Below are positions 39,299 to 49,256 of a stretch of DNA of 64,000 bases, in pieces. Numbering within the stretch: the first letter of the stretch is position 1; each line of letters begins with the position of its first letter. The notes below the pieces were generated by a model. That model saw nothing but the letters and a program-made list of their open reading frames with translations. It did no database searches and was not told the DNA's origin. Source of the stretch: an uncultured Spirochaetota bacterium (GTDB lineage Bacteria > Spirochaetota > Spirochaetia > SZUA-6 > Fen-1364); assembly GCA_963820525.1 (NCBI GenBank), contig CAWGAA010000002.1:512001-576000 (forward strand), written 5' to 3'. Position numbers and translations under genes: made by a program.

Positions 39299-39951
39299 GT
39301 CCCGCAGGCCTCGATCTCTCGATGTTCAACCGCTTCCAGGTCACCTTCCACAAGGGGGACATCATCTTCTGCGAGTACGAGCCCGGCGACACCTTCTACC
39401 TCATCCAGTCCGGCAGGGTGCAGATCGTGCGCATCATCGGGGAGCTGGAGAAGAACATCGATATCCTTTACCCCGGTGAGGTTTTCGGCGAGATGGCCAT
39501 CCTGGAGGAGGCGCCCCGCTCCGCCACGACGATCGCCCTCGACGACGTGAAGGCGCTCGAGTTCAACAGGGAGAACTTCGAGATCCTCATGATGGGAAAC
39601 CCCCAGATTGCCATGAAGCTCTTGAAGCTCTTCATCAAGCGCATCTACGACCAGAAACGGCGCTTCATGATCCTCACCCTGGAAGACGTCGAGGCGAAGG
39701 TGGCGGACGTGTTCCTCATGCTGGCCGAGAATCAATCCATAAGCACGACGTCAGCGGATTCCATCGACTTCAAGACAACCGTTGACGACATGGCGCATTG
39801 GGCGGGCATTCCGCCGGCCCAGTGCAAGGAAGTTCTCAACCACTTCGTCTCCCAGCGAAAAATCGAGCTTCATCCGGACAAAATCGTCGTAAAAAATATC
39901 AACGACATTGCCCGGTTCGTCAACTCCCGCCGGAAACACCAGGAAAAATAA
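39295..39951 (+). CDS. Crp/Fnr-family regulator
   Basis: FYLIQSGRV, GEVFGEMAIL, PRSAT; C-terminal HTH-like segment. Confidence 0.9.
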   Translation: MSPAGLDLSMFNRFQVTFHKGDIIFCEYEPGDTFYLIQSGRVQIVRIIGELEKNIDILYPGEVFGEMAILEEAPRSATTIALDDVKALEFNRENFEILMMGNPQIAMKLLKLFIKRIYDQKRRFMILTLEDVEAKVADVFLMLAENQSISTTSADSIDFKTTVDDMAHWAGIPPAQCKEVLNHFVSQRKIELHPDKIVVKNINDIARFVNSRRKHQEK

Positions 39952-40735
39952 GGAACTCAAGCAGCTTTTCCGCGAAGTCCACGGGACTCTCGAGGGCGGG
40001 GCTATGCCCGGAGCCGCGCACGATAGCCAGGCGCGCACCGGGGATGAAAGAAAGCGCCCGCCTGGCGATGGAGACGGGAACCACGGGGTCGCGCTCGCCC
40101 CAGAGCAGGAGCGTGGGCCTTCCGATCTCCCGGAGCCGCTCCGGGGGAATCCTCGGCAGCCCCTTCCAGCCCGTAGCACGCAGAATCCGACGGGCCAGAT
40201 TCCTGTCGAACGAAGGCCTTCCCCCGCGTCTCTCCCGGTCGGCAGGCGGGATATCCGCCGGGTTTCTCCAGAGGATTCGCCGAAGGATGAGGCGGGTCAG
40301 GGGGTTGGAAGGCACGACGAAAAGGGCGGCGGCGATCAATCCCAACGGCCTCATGCCGAGGCCGACGGAATCCGAGAGAACGAGCCGTTCGACGCGCCCG
40401 CTTCTTTCGATGGCGAATTGCGCCGCGATGGCGCCGCCGAGCGAATGTCCCACGATGTGGGCGCGCGAGATGCCCATGGCGTCCATGAAATCGGCAAGCC
40501 ACGCGGTGAGGGACGGCGCCGGGGACGCCGGCGAAAGGGTGGATGAGCCGAAGCCGGCGATATCGGGGGCAAGAACGAGGAAGCGCTCTGAAAGTCTTTC
40601 CAAGACGGGCTGCCAGAATCCGCCATGAGCCCCCATGCCGTGCAGGAGGATGACGGGAAAGCCGGCGCCGGAAGTCAGGCAGCTGGTTCGAACGGAGCCT
40701 GCCTGGACGAGTCGTCGTTCCGCCGCGGCGCGCAT
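39920..40735 (-). CDS. Alpha/beta-fold hydrolase
   Basis: LLHG, PDIAGFG, GHSLGG, WGERD, SGH. Confidence 0.88.
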   Translation of the reverse strand: MRAAAERRLVQAGSVRTSCLTSGAGFPVILLHGMGAHGGFWQPVLERLSERFLVLAPDIAGFGSSTLSPASPAPSLTAWLADFMDAMGISRAHIVGHSLGGAIAAQFAIERSGRVERLVLSDSVGLGMRPLGLIAAALFVVPSNPLTRLILRRILWRNPADIPPADRERRGGRPSFDRNLARRILRATGWKGLPRIPPERLREIGRPTLLLWGERDPVVPVSIARRALSFIPGARLAIVRGSGHSPALESPVDFAEKLLEFLIFPGVSGGS

Positions 40736-40741
40736 GCCGGG

Positions 40742-41446
40742 TCAGACCCCCAGGTACGCCGATTTGACCTGGGGATTGTCGGAGATCTCCTTCGCGGTGC
40801 CGGACAGAACGATCCTGCCCGTCTCCAGGACGTAGGCCCTGTTGGCGATGGACAGCGCCATTTGCGCGTTCTGCTCGACCAGCAGGATGCTGGTGCCCTG
40901 CTTGTTGATCTCCACGATGATGCGGAAGATCTCCTCCACGAGGATCGGGCTTAAGCCCATGGAAGGCTCGTCCATGAGAAGAATGCTGGGCCTGCTCATC
41001 AGGCCGCGCGCCGTGGCGAGCATCTGCTGCTCTCCCCCGGAGAGGGTGCCCCCGTACTGCTCGGCCCGCTCCTTGAGGCGGGGAAAGCTCTGGTAGATCC
41101 GCTCCAAGGTCTGCTGGATCTCCGCCGGATCCGTGCGGGTGAAAGCGCCCATCATCAGGTTCTCCCTCACCGTGAGGGGCGCGAAGATTTTCCTGCCCTC
41201 GGGGACCTGGCTGATGCCGAGCTGCACGATCTGCTCGGCGTGCACCGTCGTCAATTCCTGGTCCCGCAGAGTGATGGACCCCGTGCGGGGGCGCAGGAGC
41301 CCGGAAATCGTTCGAAGGGTCGTGGACTTGCCGGCGCCATTGGCTCCGATCAGGGTGACGATCTCACCCTCATCGACCTGGAACGAGATGCCCTGGAGTG
41401 CGTGGATGGCGCCGTAGTAGACGTTCAGGTTCTCAACTCGCAGCAC
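40742..41446 (-). CDS. livF: Branched-chain amino acid ABC transporter ATPase
   Basis: GANGAGKST, VPEGR, LSGGEQQM, DEPSMGL. Confidence 0.92.
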   Translation of the reverse strand: MLRVENLNVYYGAIHALQGISFQVDEGEIVTLIGANGAGKSTTLRTISGLLRPRTGSITLRDQELTTVHAEQIVQLGISQVPEGRKIFAPLTVRENLMMGAFTRTDPAEIQQTLERIYQSFPRLKERAEQYGGTLSGGEQQMLATARGLMSRPSILLMDEPSMGLSPILVEEIFRIIVEINKQGTSILLVEQNAQMALSIANRAYVLETGRIVLSGTAKEISDNPQVKSAYLGV

Positions 41447-42236
41447 TTCTGGCCACTCCTTTGCCGAGGTATGCCTCAATAACGGTCGGGTCGTTCTGGA
41501 TTTCTTTCGGCGTTCCGCGGGCGATCACCTCGCCGAAGTCCATCACGGTGATCCTCTCGCAGATCCCCATAACGACGCGCATCTGGTGCTCGATGAGCAG
41601 GATGGTGAGCTTGAAACGGTCCCTGATGAAATGGATGAGGTCCATCAGCTCGAGGATCTCCCTCGGGTTCATTCCGGCGGCGGGCTCGTCGAGGAGGAGA
41701 AGGCTCGGGTTGCACGCCAGGGCCCTGGCGATCTCCACGCGCCTCTGCTCTCCGTAGGGGAGGTTTTTCGCGATCTCCCCCTGGATGCCATCCAACTTGA
41801 AGATGGAGAGAAAATCCAGCGCCTGCTCGGTGAGCTCGTTCTCCTTCTTGAAGAACTCCGGAGTGCGGAGAATCCCGTCCGAAAGCGAATAGCCCGCGTG
41901 CGCATGATAGGCAATGCGCACATTGTCCAGCACCGTCAGGTTCTGGAAGAGCCTGATGTTCTGGAAGGTACGGGCGATTCCTTGTTGAGTTATCTCGAAG
42001 GGCTCCAGGCCGTCGATCTTCTGGCCGTGGAAAGAGATCCTTCCCGCCGAAAGAGAAATCAGTCCGGTGATGAGGTTGAAGACGGTGGTTTTCCCCGCCC
42101 CGTTGGGTCCAATCAACCCCCACAACACGCCGCGGGGAAGGCCCAAGGCAAAGTCCTTGACGGCGCAGAGGCCGCCGAAAAACTTCGTCAGCTCCGTGAT
42201 ATCGAGCAAGGGCTGGTCTCTCTGTTCATCTGCCAT
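41433..42236 (-). CDS. livG: Branched-chain amino acid ABC transporter ATPase
   Basis: FGGL.AV, GPNGAGKTT, RTFQNIRLF, LPYGEQR, DEPAAG. Confidence 0.92.
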   Translation of the reverse strand: MADEQRDQPLLDITELTKFFGGLCAVKDFALGLPRGVLWGLIGPNGAGKTTVFNLITGLISLSAGRISFHGQKIDGLEPFEITQQGIARTFQNIRLFQNLTVLDNVRIAYHAHAGYSLSDGILRTPEFFKKENELTEQALDFLSIFKLDGIQGEIAKNLPYGEQRRVEIARALACNPSLLLLDEPAAGMNPREILELMDLIHFIRDRFKLTILLIEHQMRVVMGICERITVMDFGEVIARGTPKEIQNDPTVIEAYLGKGVARSAAS

Positions 42237-42259
42237 CCTGCATACCTCTCTCAAATCTT

Positions 42260-43726
42260 TCAGGGTTTTACGGGCTCTGAAGCCTGTTTGACGGCTCCGC
42301 CGGAGCCCGACGGTCCGCCATCGGCAGATCGGGCCTTGTTGAAGATCCGTCCCGCTTTCAGGAAACCCCATTCTACGCTGCCCAGGAGACCTTGCGGCCG
42401 CAGGAGCATCAAGAGGATCAGCGCGATGGGATACAGCACGAAGCGCCAGGTGGGCGCTTCGGGGCCCAGCTGGCCCAAAAGCACTCGCAGGAAGCCTTCC
42501 AGGAAGAAGATCCATCCAAAGGAGGCGACAATGGTTCCCGTCATGCTTCCCAGGCCGCCGAACACGACGATAATGAGCGGGTTGAAGCCGGCAATGAAGC
42601 TGAAGGTGCCGGGGCTCAGGAACCCGATGTAATGGGCGTAGACCGCGCCGCCGATGCCCGCAAAGAGGCTTCCAACCACGAACGCGAGCAGCTTCGACCT
42701 CGCCACGTCGATCCCCATGGCCTTGGCCGCCGTTTCGTCCTCGCGCACCGAGATGATGGCCCGGCCGGTGCTGGAGCGGATGAGGTTCCGCATGATTACG
42801 GTCACGATCACCAGAAAGACGAACGCCCAGAGCCAGATGGTGGAGAAGGAAACGGAGGTGAGCCAGCTCAAGAGCGACCCCTGTTGGACCGGGACATCCC
42901 ACGACCATATCGGCATCTTGGGGATGCCGATCATTCCCCTTCCTCCCTTCATCTCGGGGAAGGGGAGGATGGTGTCGGAGTTCACCATGAGGGTTTGTAC
43001 GACGATTGCGAACCCAAGGGTTGCTATCCCGAAATAGTCGGAGCCGAGGGTGAGCACGGGGAGGCCGAAGAGAAAGCTCACCTCCGCTGCGAACACGCCG
43101 GCAATGATGACCGACAGGAAGAAAATGACCTGCTGGACGGCGGGGGACAGGAACCACCCCGATACATCTGCCGTGCCGAATCCGGAGGCCAGAAGCGGCG
43201 CAATGGCATTGCCCGCGATCACCGCGATGACTCCCGCCGCGATTGCCGCGATCATGTAGAAGGTGAAGGCTGAAAGGACGGGAATGCCCCTCTTGAGCCG
43301 GAGCAGTCGACCGACGCCGATAAGGGCGATGCCGCCGAGAATTACTCCGATGCCGGCAACGAGGATTCCGCTGGGGTCCCCGTTGGCCCAGCGAAACGTA
43401 ATGTCGGCCGCGCAGTACGCGCCGATCCCGTAGAAACCCCACTGTCCCAGGCTGAACTGGCCGTTGAACCCGTAGATGAGGTTCAGCCCCAGGGCCACCA
43501 TGGCCATGGTGCAGGATTGGATGAGAAGGCCCTGATCGAAACCCGAGAAGATCTGGAATTCGCCGAAATGCAGGGAGAGGACGATCTGGATGACGGCGAA
43601 CGCGCCGAAGATCCCGAGGGCCTTGACCCATTTCTCCTTTCGACCGAGCACCCAGAGAAGTCCGAAAATGTAGGCGAGAAGCGCGCCCATCTTCAGAATT
43701 GTGCTGAAAAGGTATGCGAGGTTCAT
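42260..43726 (-). CDS. livM: Branched-chain amino acid ABC transporter permease
   Basis: GQFSLG, DYFGIATLGF, REDETAA..MGI, GGLGS. Confidence 0.9.
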   Translation of the reverse strand: MNLAYLFSTILKMGALLAYIFGLLWVLGRKEKWVKALGIFGAFAVIQIVLSLHFGEFQIFSGFDQGLLIQSCTMAMVALGLNLIYGFNGQFSLGQWGFYGIGAYCAADITFRWANGDPSGILVAGIGVILGGIALIGVGRLLRLKRGIPVLSAFTFYMIAAIAAGVIAVIAGNAIAPLLASGFGTADVSGWFLSPAVQQVIFFLSVIIAGVFAAEVSFLFGLPVLTLGSDYFGIATLGFAIVVQTLMVNSDTILPFPEMKGGRGMIGIPKMPIWSWDVPVQQGSLLSWLTSVSFSTIWLWAFVFLVIVTVIMRNLIRSSTGRAIISVREDETAAKAMGIDVARSKLLAFVVGSLFAGIGGAVYAHYIGFLSPGTFSFIAGFNPLIIVVFGGLGSMTGTIVASFGWIFFLEGFLRVLLGQLGPEAPTWRFVLYPIALILLMLLRPQGLLGSVEWGFLKAGRIFNKARSADGGPSGSGGAVKQASEPVKP

Positions 43727-43734
43727 GGGCTCTC

Positions 43735-44868
43735 CTAGGCTTTTTCCTTTGCCGGCTCTCCAAAGATGCCGGTCGGACGGATGAGCAGCACAATAATCAG
43801 TATTGTAAACGCCACTGCGTCGCGCATTGGCGTGGAGATATATCCCATGGTAAGGGCTTCAGCCTGTCCCATGATGAGGGCGCCGATGAAAGCTCCGGGG
43901 ATGCTCCCAATCCCGCCAAGAACCGCGGCCACGAAGGCCTTGAGGCCCGGCAGGATCCCCATCTGCGTGTTGATCGAGCTGTAAGCGATTGCATAGAGAA
44001 CCCCGCCCAGACCGGCGAACGCCGATCCAATGGCGAACGTGAAGGATATGATCCGGTCAACGTTGATCCCCATGAGGCGCGCCGTGGGTTTGTCGAAGGA
44101 AGTGGCGCGCATGGCGACGCCGATTTTCGTCCTGTGCACGATGAATTGAAGGATTATCTGGACCACGATGGAAGCGATCATGATGAAAACGAGGATGTTC
44201 GAGAAAGTGATGGAGTTCGCCGGCGCTTCCACTCCCGGCATGATGCGCTGGATGCCGGCGCTCGAGGTGTACCACGCCACCACGTCGAAGGGCCTCTGGT
44301 AGGGAATGAAGCGGGGAGAAAAGACGAAGTACAGGGCGCCGAAGAACTCCAGGAAAAAGGAGACGCCGATCGCCGTGATGAGCGCGGCAATGCGGGGGGC
44401 ATCCCGCAGGGGCTTGTAGGCCACCCTCTCGATGGTGACCGCCAGAAGCACGCACACGAGCATGGAGAGCAGGATGACGGTCAGGGAGCCGACAATAATG
44501 GATATTCCCATGGGCACGCCGGGGAAAAGAGCCTCGGGCCACCGATGGAGGTTGAAACGCGTCACGGCGTAGAAGCTCGTGAAGGCGCCGACCATGAAAA
44601 CGTCGCCGTGGGCGAAGTTGATCAGCTTCACGATCCCATACACCATGGTGTAGCCCAACGCGATGAGGGCGTACACGAAGCCGAGCTGGAGACCGTTGAT
44701 GATGTTCTGGACGAACAGGCTGGGGTTGGCCCGCAGGTTGGAAACAAGGATGTAGAGAATCAAGACGGCGAGCGCGATCAGAACAACCTGACCTACCCAG
44801 GAGAAAGGGGCCCGGCGCTTGGATTGCCGGATTGTCGCCTCGGGTGCGATTTCTTTGGTTTGTGGCAT
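43735..44868 (-). CDS. livH: Branched-chain amino acid ABC transporter permease
   Basis: YALIALGYTMVYG, INFAHGD, KAFVAAVLGGIG. Confidence 0.92.
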   Translation of the reverse strand: MPQTKEIAPEATIRQSKRRAPFSWVGQVVLIALAVLILYILVSNLRANPSLFVQNIINGLQLGFVYALIALGYTMVYGIVKLINFAHGDVFMVGAFTSFYAVTRFNLHRWPEALFPGVPMGISIIVGSLTVILLSMLVCVLLAVTIERVAYKPLRDAPRIAALITAIGVSFFLEFFGALYFVFSPRFIPYQRPFDVVAWYTSSAGIQRIMPGVEAPANSITFSNILVFIMIASIVVQIILQFIVHRTKIGVAMRATSFDKPTARLMGINVDRIISFTFAIGSAFAGLGGVLYAIAYSSINTQMGILPGLKAFVAAVLGGIGSIPGAFIGALIMGQAEALTMGYISTPMRDAVAFTILIIVLLIRPTGIFGEPAKEKA

Positions 44869-44896
44869 TGGCTCTCCGCTATTCGTGATCGTTACG

Positions 44897-44928
44897 AAAA
44901 GAGAGGGCAACCGGACGGCTGCCCTCTC
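44897..44928 (-). terminator. Hairpin with short U-tract after the binding-protein gene
   Basis: GAGAGGGC...GCCCTCTC followed by TTTT on the minus strand. Confidence 0.6.
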
Positions 44929-44952
44929 GATAAGACAACAATGCGCGAGTCC

Positions 44953-46092
44953 TTACGGGTTGACCACAGCCTCGAACTTGATGGCCTCAGGAGTCACCTT
45001 CAGGATTGTCGCCGACTTCACAGGGTTGTGCTGGGCGTCAAAGGTGATCTTGCCCGACACTCCGTTGAACGTGATCTTCTCCAACGCCACCCGCACCTTG
45101 TCGGTGTTGTCCGCGCTGGCGGCCTTGATGCCGGTAAGCAGCAGGTTGGTGGCGTCATAGGCGAGGGCCGCGAGGGCGTCCGGGACCTTGGGGTTGCCGC
45201 TGTCGTCCTTGAACGCCGCGCCGTAAGACTTGAGGAAGTTCTGGACCGCGGGCCTCGGGTCGTCCGGCGAATAGTGATTGGTGTAGAACCCGCCGGCCGC
45301 CGCTTCCTTGTCCAGGTCCGAGGAATCCCATCCATCTCCACCCATGAAGGCTACCGTGATTCCCTTCTCCTTGGCCTGCTTGGTCGCCAGGTTCACGATG
45401 TTGTAGTAGTCGGGCAGGTATACGATGTCAGGCCTCGTGTCCTTGACCTTCGCGAGGATGGCGGAAAAGTCGGTGTCCGTGGCGGTATAGGTCTCCTTGC
45501 CGATAATGGTTCCGCCCAACTTCTTGAAGGAACCTTCGAAAGCCTCAGCGAGCCCCTTCACGTAGTCGTTGGCCTGGTCCAGCATGATGAAAGCCTTGCG
45601 GGCCTTCAGGTTCTTGTACGCGAAGTTCGCGCCGACCAGCCCCTGGAAGGGGTCGATGAAGCATGCGCGGAATACGTACGCCTTGGTCTTGTTCTTGGAG
45701 TCCACGGTGACCGCGGTATTGGTGGAGGTGGGGCTGACCTCGATGACCTTGTTCGCGTTTGCGATTTCCGAGATCGGGATCGAAGCCTTGGAGCATACCT
45801 CTCCAATGATGTAATGGACCCTATCCTGGTTGATGACCTTGTTGGCCGCGTTGACCGCGGGGTCCGGGGTGCACTGGCTGTCCTCAATTATGGGGACGAT
45901 CGTCATTCCCAGCACTCCGCCCTTGGCATTCCACTCCTTGATAGCCAGAAGAGCGCCGTCACGGGTGGAGACGCCGAAGGTGGGCACGGGGCCCGACAAG
46001 GGAGCAAGAATGGCGACTTTGAGGTCCGCGGCCGTGGCCGCAAACGCAACCGCCATTCCCAGGATCAGGACCACAGCAAATAGACGCTTCAT
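44953..46092 (-). CDS. Branched-chain amino acid ABC transporter substrate-binding protein (LivK/LivJ family)
   Basis: Signal peptide; PLSG, FRACFIDPFQG, DTDFSAIL, GGDGWDS. Confidence 0.92.
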   Translation of the reverse strand: MKRLFAVVLILGMAVAFAATAADLKVAILAPLSGPVPTFGVSTRDGALLAIKEWNAKGGVLGMTIVPIIEDSQCTPDPAVNAANKVINQDRVHYIIGEVCSKASIPISEIANANKVIEVSPTSTNTAVTVDSKNKTKAYVFRACFIDPFQGLVGANFAYKNLKARKAFIMLDQANDYVKGLAEAFEGSFKKLGGTIIGKETYTATDTDFSAILAKVKDTRPDIVYLPDYYNIVNLATKQAKEKGITVAFMGGDGWDSSDLDKEAAAGGFYTNHYSPDDPRPAVQNFLKSYGAAFKDDSGNPKVPDALAALAYDATNLLLTGIKAASADNTDKVRVALEKITFNGVSGKITFDAQHNPVKSATILKVTPEAIKFEAVVNP

Positions 46093-46325
46093 TCAGTCCT
46101 CCTTTTCTCTTGATTTGGTGAATATTCAAGCACCGCGAAAGTATCTGGGACTCTTTCAGGCTGGTCGGGCCCTGCACGAACAATCCGACTCATCAAACCG
46201 GGCCACCTCCTCGCGGAAGCGCGCATTCAAGAAAGAATTGAACGAAACAACTATGACCCCTGCCGAATCCCCTGTCAAGCCCTGACTGATTTTCCGAGGA
46301 ATAATGGCTCTTTTTCACGGCGGCG

Positions 46326-46721
46326 CTATTCAGCAAGTCGAGACCGCACTTCGGGAAGCTCGCAGTACCAGAGCTCGAAGACCGAGAGCAGCATGGAGAG
46401 GACAGCGAGCACAACCCACCCTGCATTGAATCTCTGGACTCCCTCCACATTCATCGTGGCGTGCGGAGCAAGCATCATGAGGCGGCTGATGATGTTGAAG
46501 CCCTGTGCAAATGATATGAGGTACCAGGGCCAGGCCGATTGGCTCCTGCGGCTGAGCAGCTGGACAAGGGAAAGGATGACGAGGAGCGTCATGAGGGTGG
46601 GCAGCCACCATTCCTGGGAAGCGAGGGTAAAGGAGGAGAGTGGAAAGATGATAATCGGGACTACCTGAAGGCAGAGCACGATGGGAATGGCGACGCGGCT
46701 GGAAAGCATTCTCCGAAGCAT
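46326..46721 (-). CDS. Small membrane protein of unknown function
   Basis: About four hydrophobic segments. Confidence 0.7.
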   Translation of the reverse strand: MLRRMLSSRVAIPIVLCLQVVPIIIFPLSSFTLASQEWWLPTLMTLLVILSLVQLLSRRSQSAWPWYLISFAQGFNIISRLMMLAPHATMNVEGVQRFNAGWVVLAVLSMLLSVFELWYCELPEVRSRLAE

Positions 46722-46800
46722 GGTCCTACGGTACCATACGCCTTCGCATTTTGTCGAGAAAAAAAATCAAGATGGCAGTGGAAGCCGGTCCAGGCGGTTT

Positions 46801-47649
46801 TCAGCAAAGCACCTGCGTCATTCCACGCGACCGGGCATACCCGATGACATCGTCCATCTCCGTCCGTGTGGGCCGTCGCGATAGGGCGGGGTATTCGGAC
46901 GCCCTGTAGGCGGGATGATACTGGTCCATGATGTTGAGGTACGTGTCGGTCGAAAGCTCAGCCAGAAAGTCGATAACGGCCCGCGAACCGGAGATGCCCC
47001 CCGGGAGCACGAGGTGCCGGACCAGAAGTCCCCTCCGTGCGACTCCCCGCGCATCCATGCGCAGATCTCCCACCTGGCGGTGCATTTCCATCAGGGAAGC
47101 CGTGCAATACTCCACGTAGCGCTCCACCCCGGAGAAGGAGCTTGCCTGTGTGTCGCCGCCGTATTTGAAGTCGGGCATATAGATATCGACGAGGCTGTCC
47201 AGCTCCCGCAGGAGCGCCGGATTCTCGTATCCGCCGCAGTTGTAGACGATGGGGATCGCGAGGCCTTCGGCGCGCGCACGGCGTACCGCTTCGAAGATCT
47301 GCGGCGCCTGGTGGGTGGGGGAGACGAGGTTGACGTTCTCGGCGCCCCGCATGCGAAGGGAGAACATGAGGCGAACCAGCTCTCCCTCCCCGATTGCGGC
47401 GCCGCGGTCGAGGGCGCTGATTTCCCAGTTCTGGCAGAAGACGCAGGAAAGGTTGCACGCCGTGAAGAAGATCGTGCCCGAGCCGCCGCTGCCGACGAGG
47501 CAGGGCTCCTCGCCGAAATGGAGATCTGCGGAGGAGACCACGATTTTGTCCAGGGTGCGGCAGCGGCCCGTCTCTCCCGCTCTCCTGTTGACGCGGCAGA
47601 AATTGGGGCAGACTTCGCAGGTTGTAAGCCAGTCAAGAAGGGTGCTCAT
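46801..47649 (-). CDS. Radical SAM protein, PflX-like
   Basis: HFGEEP, GSGTIFF, CNLSCVFCQN, DIYMPDFKY, RHLVLP. Confidence 0.9.
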   Translation of the reverse strand: MSTLLDWLTTCEVCPNFCRVNRRAGETGRCRTLDKIVVSSADLHFGEEPCLVGSGGSGTIFFTACNLSCVFCQNWEISALDRGAAIGEGELVRLMFSLRMRGAENVNLVSPTHQAPQIFEAVRRARAEGLAIPIVYNCGGYENPALLRELDSLVDIYMPDFKYGGDTQASSFSGVERYVEYCTASLMEMHRQVGDLRMDARGVARRGLLVRHLVLPGGISGSRAVIDFLAELSTDTYLNIMDQYHPAYRASEYPALSRRPTRTEMDDVIGYARSRGMTQVLC

Positions 47650-47749
47650 TGAAAGGACAGCGGCTCTCGCGCGGCCTAGCGCGGCATCCCCAGCCTTTCG
47701 GCATCCAAAACGGCGGAATGCCGCCGTAGGCCTCGGGCGGGTTACGGGG

Positions 47750-48006
47750 TCCCTATGGAATTCCCCAGCGCTTCTGCGGCCTGCTTCTCATGCCCCCTTT
47801 CGCGGCGCGGTAGCGCCGCTGTCGGGCAAAGGCTGCCGCGCCGGGGCTCCCTTGCACGCGGCTATGGCGCGCTTGTCACCCGGCTCCCGCCATCCCTGGC
47901 TCCGCCGGGTTTCGGCCTCCCTGCGGGGTATCCCCAGCGCTCCCGCCGTTTGCTTCGCAAACGTCTGCTGCGCCGGGGCCCCCTTCCGCGCGCCTACGGC
48001 CCGCTT
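47750..48006. repeat. Degenerate duplicated palindromic (REP/BIME-like) mosaic
   Basis: Two copies of TCCCCAGCGCT...CTGCYGCGCCGGGGCYCCCTT with nested hairpins. Confidence 0.55.
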
Positions 48007-48007
48007 C

Positions 48008-48080
48008 AGCCAAGACTGGGAATTGAACCCAGGACCTGCGCATTACGAGTGCGCTGCTCTACCAGCTGAGCTACCTTGGC
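48008..48080 (-). tRNA. tRNA-Thr(CGT)
   Basis: 73-nt cloverleaf; GCGCA-CTCGTAA-TGCGC anticodon arm; GGTTCAATTCC. Confidence 0.97.
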
Positions 48081-48203
48081 GTGCCGGGCAAGGATAGCGG
48101 AATTGACGAAAAATGGCAACACTGCGGCGGCTTCCAAGCGCGGGGCGCCCCCTGAACGCCGCACTGCGGCGGCTCGGCCGCGTCGGCTCGGCTGCGTCGG
48201 CGC

Positions 48204-48253
48204 GAAGCGCGACACAGCCATAGAAGCGCGACACAGCCATAGAAGCGCGACAC
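48204..48253. repeat. 19-bp tandem repeat, about 2.6 copies
   Basis: GAAGCGCGACACAGCCATA twice plus a 12-nt partial copy. Confidence 0.85.
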
Positions 48254-48355
48254 GGCCCGAGGAGCGCCGAAACCGCGCAACGAGGGCCCAGGGCGGCAGC
48301 GGTTTGCGAAGCAAACTGCGAGAGCTCTGGAGGCCAGGTCCGCCCTGTTCCGTCG

Positions 48356-48382
48356 TCAAGGAACCTCCAGGGCTACCGATAA
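48356..48382 (+). promoter_or_regulatory. sigma28 (FliA)-type promoter
   Basis: TCAA-N15-ACCGATAA directly upstream of the flagellar rod operon. Confidence 0.7.
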
Positions 48383-48407
48383 TGAGAGTGAGAAAACGGA
48401 GGAATCT

Positions 48408-49256
48408 GTGGTACGAGGCTTGTTCACGGGCGCCAGCGGCATGATCGTTCAAATGGACCGCATGGATGCCATCGCCAACAACCTGGCAAACGTCGACCTC
48501 ACGGGCTACAAGAAGGACACGGCGGTCACGAAGGCGTTCCCCGAGATGCTGATGCGCCGATTCAACGACGATGGGGTCTACCGCTTTCCCATCGGCTCCG
48601 TGGACACTTCCCCCATCGTGGGGAGGCTGGGCACCGGCGTCGAGCTGAACGAGGTATACACCGTGTTCGAGCAGGGTGCCATGAAGCAGACGGAGAACGA
48701 CTTCGATCTTGCCCTCGAGGGGCAGGGCTTCATGACGATCCAGACCTCCCGCGGCGAGCGGCTGACGCGAAACGGCGCTTTCCTCGTCAACGCAGATGGA
48801 TACCTTGTCAACGAGCTGGGAGATTTCGTCCTGGGAGAGAAGGGGCCGATCAAGATCAAGAAGAACAACTTCGTCATCGACCAGGACGGCACGGTCTGGC
48901 AGAACGCGGCCTTTGCGGGAGACGACAAGCGTCTGGTGTCCCAGCAGGAGAACGAGTGGGAGAACATCGAAAAGGTCGACAGGCTGCGGATCGTGGACGT
49001 GAACAGGAAGCGCTATCTCCAGAAGGAAGGAAACTCGTACTGGCGAACGACCGGGGAATCGGGTGATGCCCAGATCGTGGACGGCTCCGCCCGGCCGCGG
49101 GTCCGCCAGGGCTTTCTCGAGTGCGCCAATGTGAATGCCGTGCGCGAGATGGTGGACATGATCGAGGTAAACCGCGCCTACGACGCGAATCAGAAGCTGA
49201 TCCAGACCGAGGACACCCTCCTGGGAAGACTGCTGAATGAGGTGGTGAAGGTATGA
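48408..49256 (+). CDS. flgF: Flagellar basal-body rod protein FlgF/FlhO
   Basis: IANNLANVD..GYK, DLALEGQGF, TRNGAF, QGFLE.ANV. Confidence 0.85.
   Translation: MVRGLFTGASGMIVQMDRMDAIANNLANVDLTGYKKDTAVTKAFPEMLMRRFNDDGVYRFPIGSVDTSPIVGRLGTGVELNEVYTVFEQGAMKQTENDFDLALEGQGFMTIQTSRGERLTRNGAFLVNADGYLVNELGDFVLGEKGPIKIKKNNFVIDQDGTVWQNAAFAGDDKRLVSQQENEWENIEKVDRLRIVDVNRKRYLQKEGNSYWRTTGESGDAQIVDGSARPRVRQGFLECANVNAVREMVDMIEVNRAYDANQKLIQTEDTLLGRLLNEVVKV

Noticed and set aside
42237..43793. 786-aa LivG fusion protein
   Set aside because: The extension overlaps livM in another frame; LivG starts at 42236 with its own RBS.
48204..48253. CRISPR array
   Set aside because: Head-to-tail 19-bp repeats with no spacers and no cas genes in the window.
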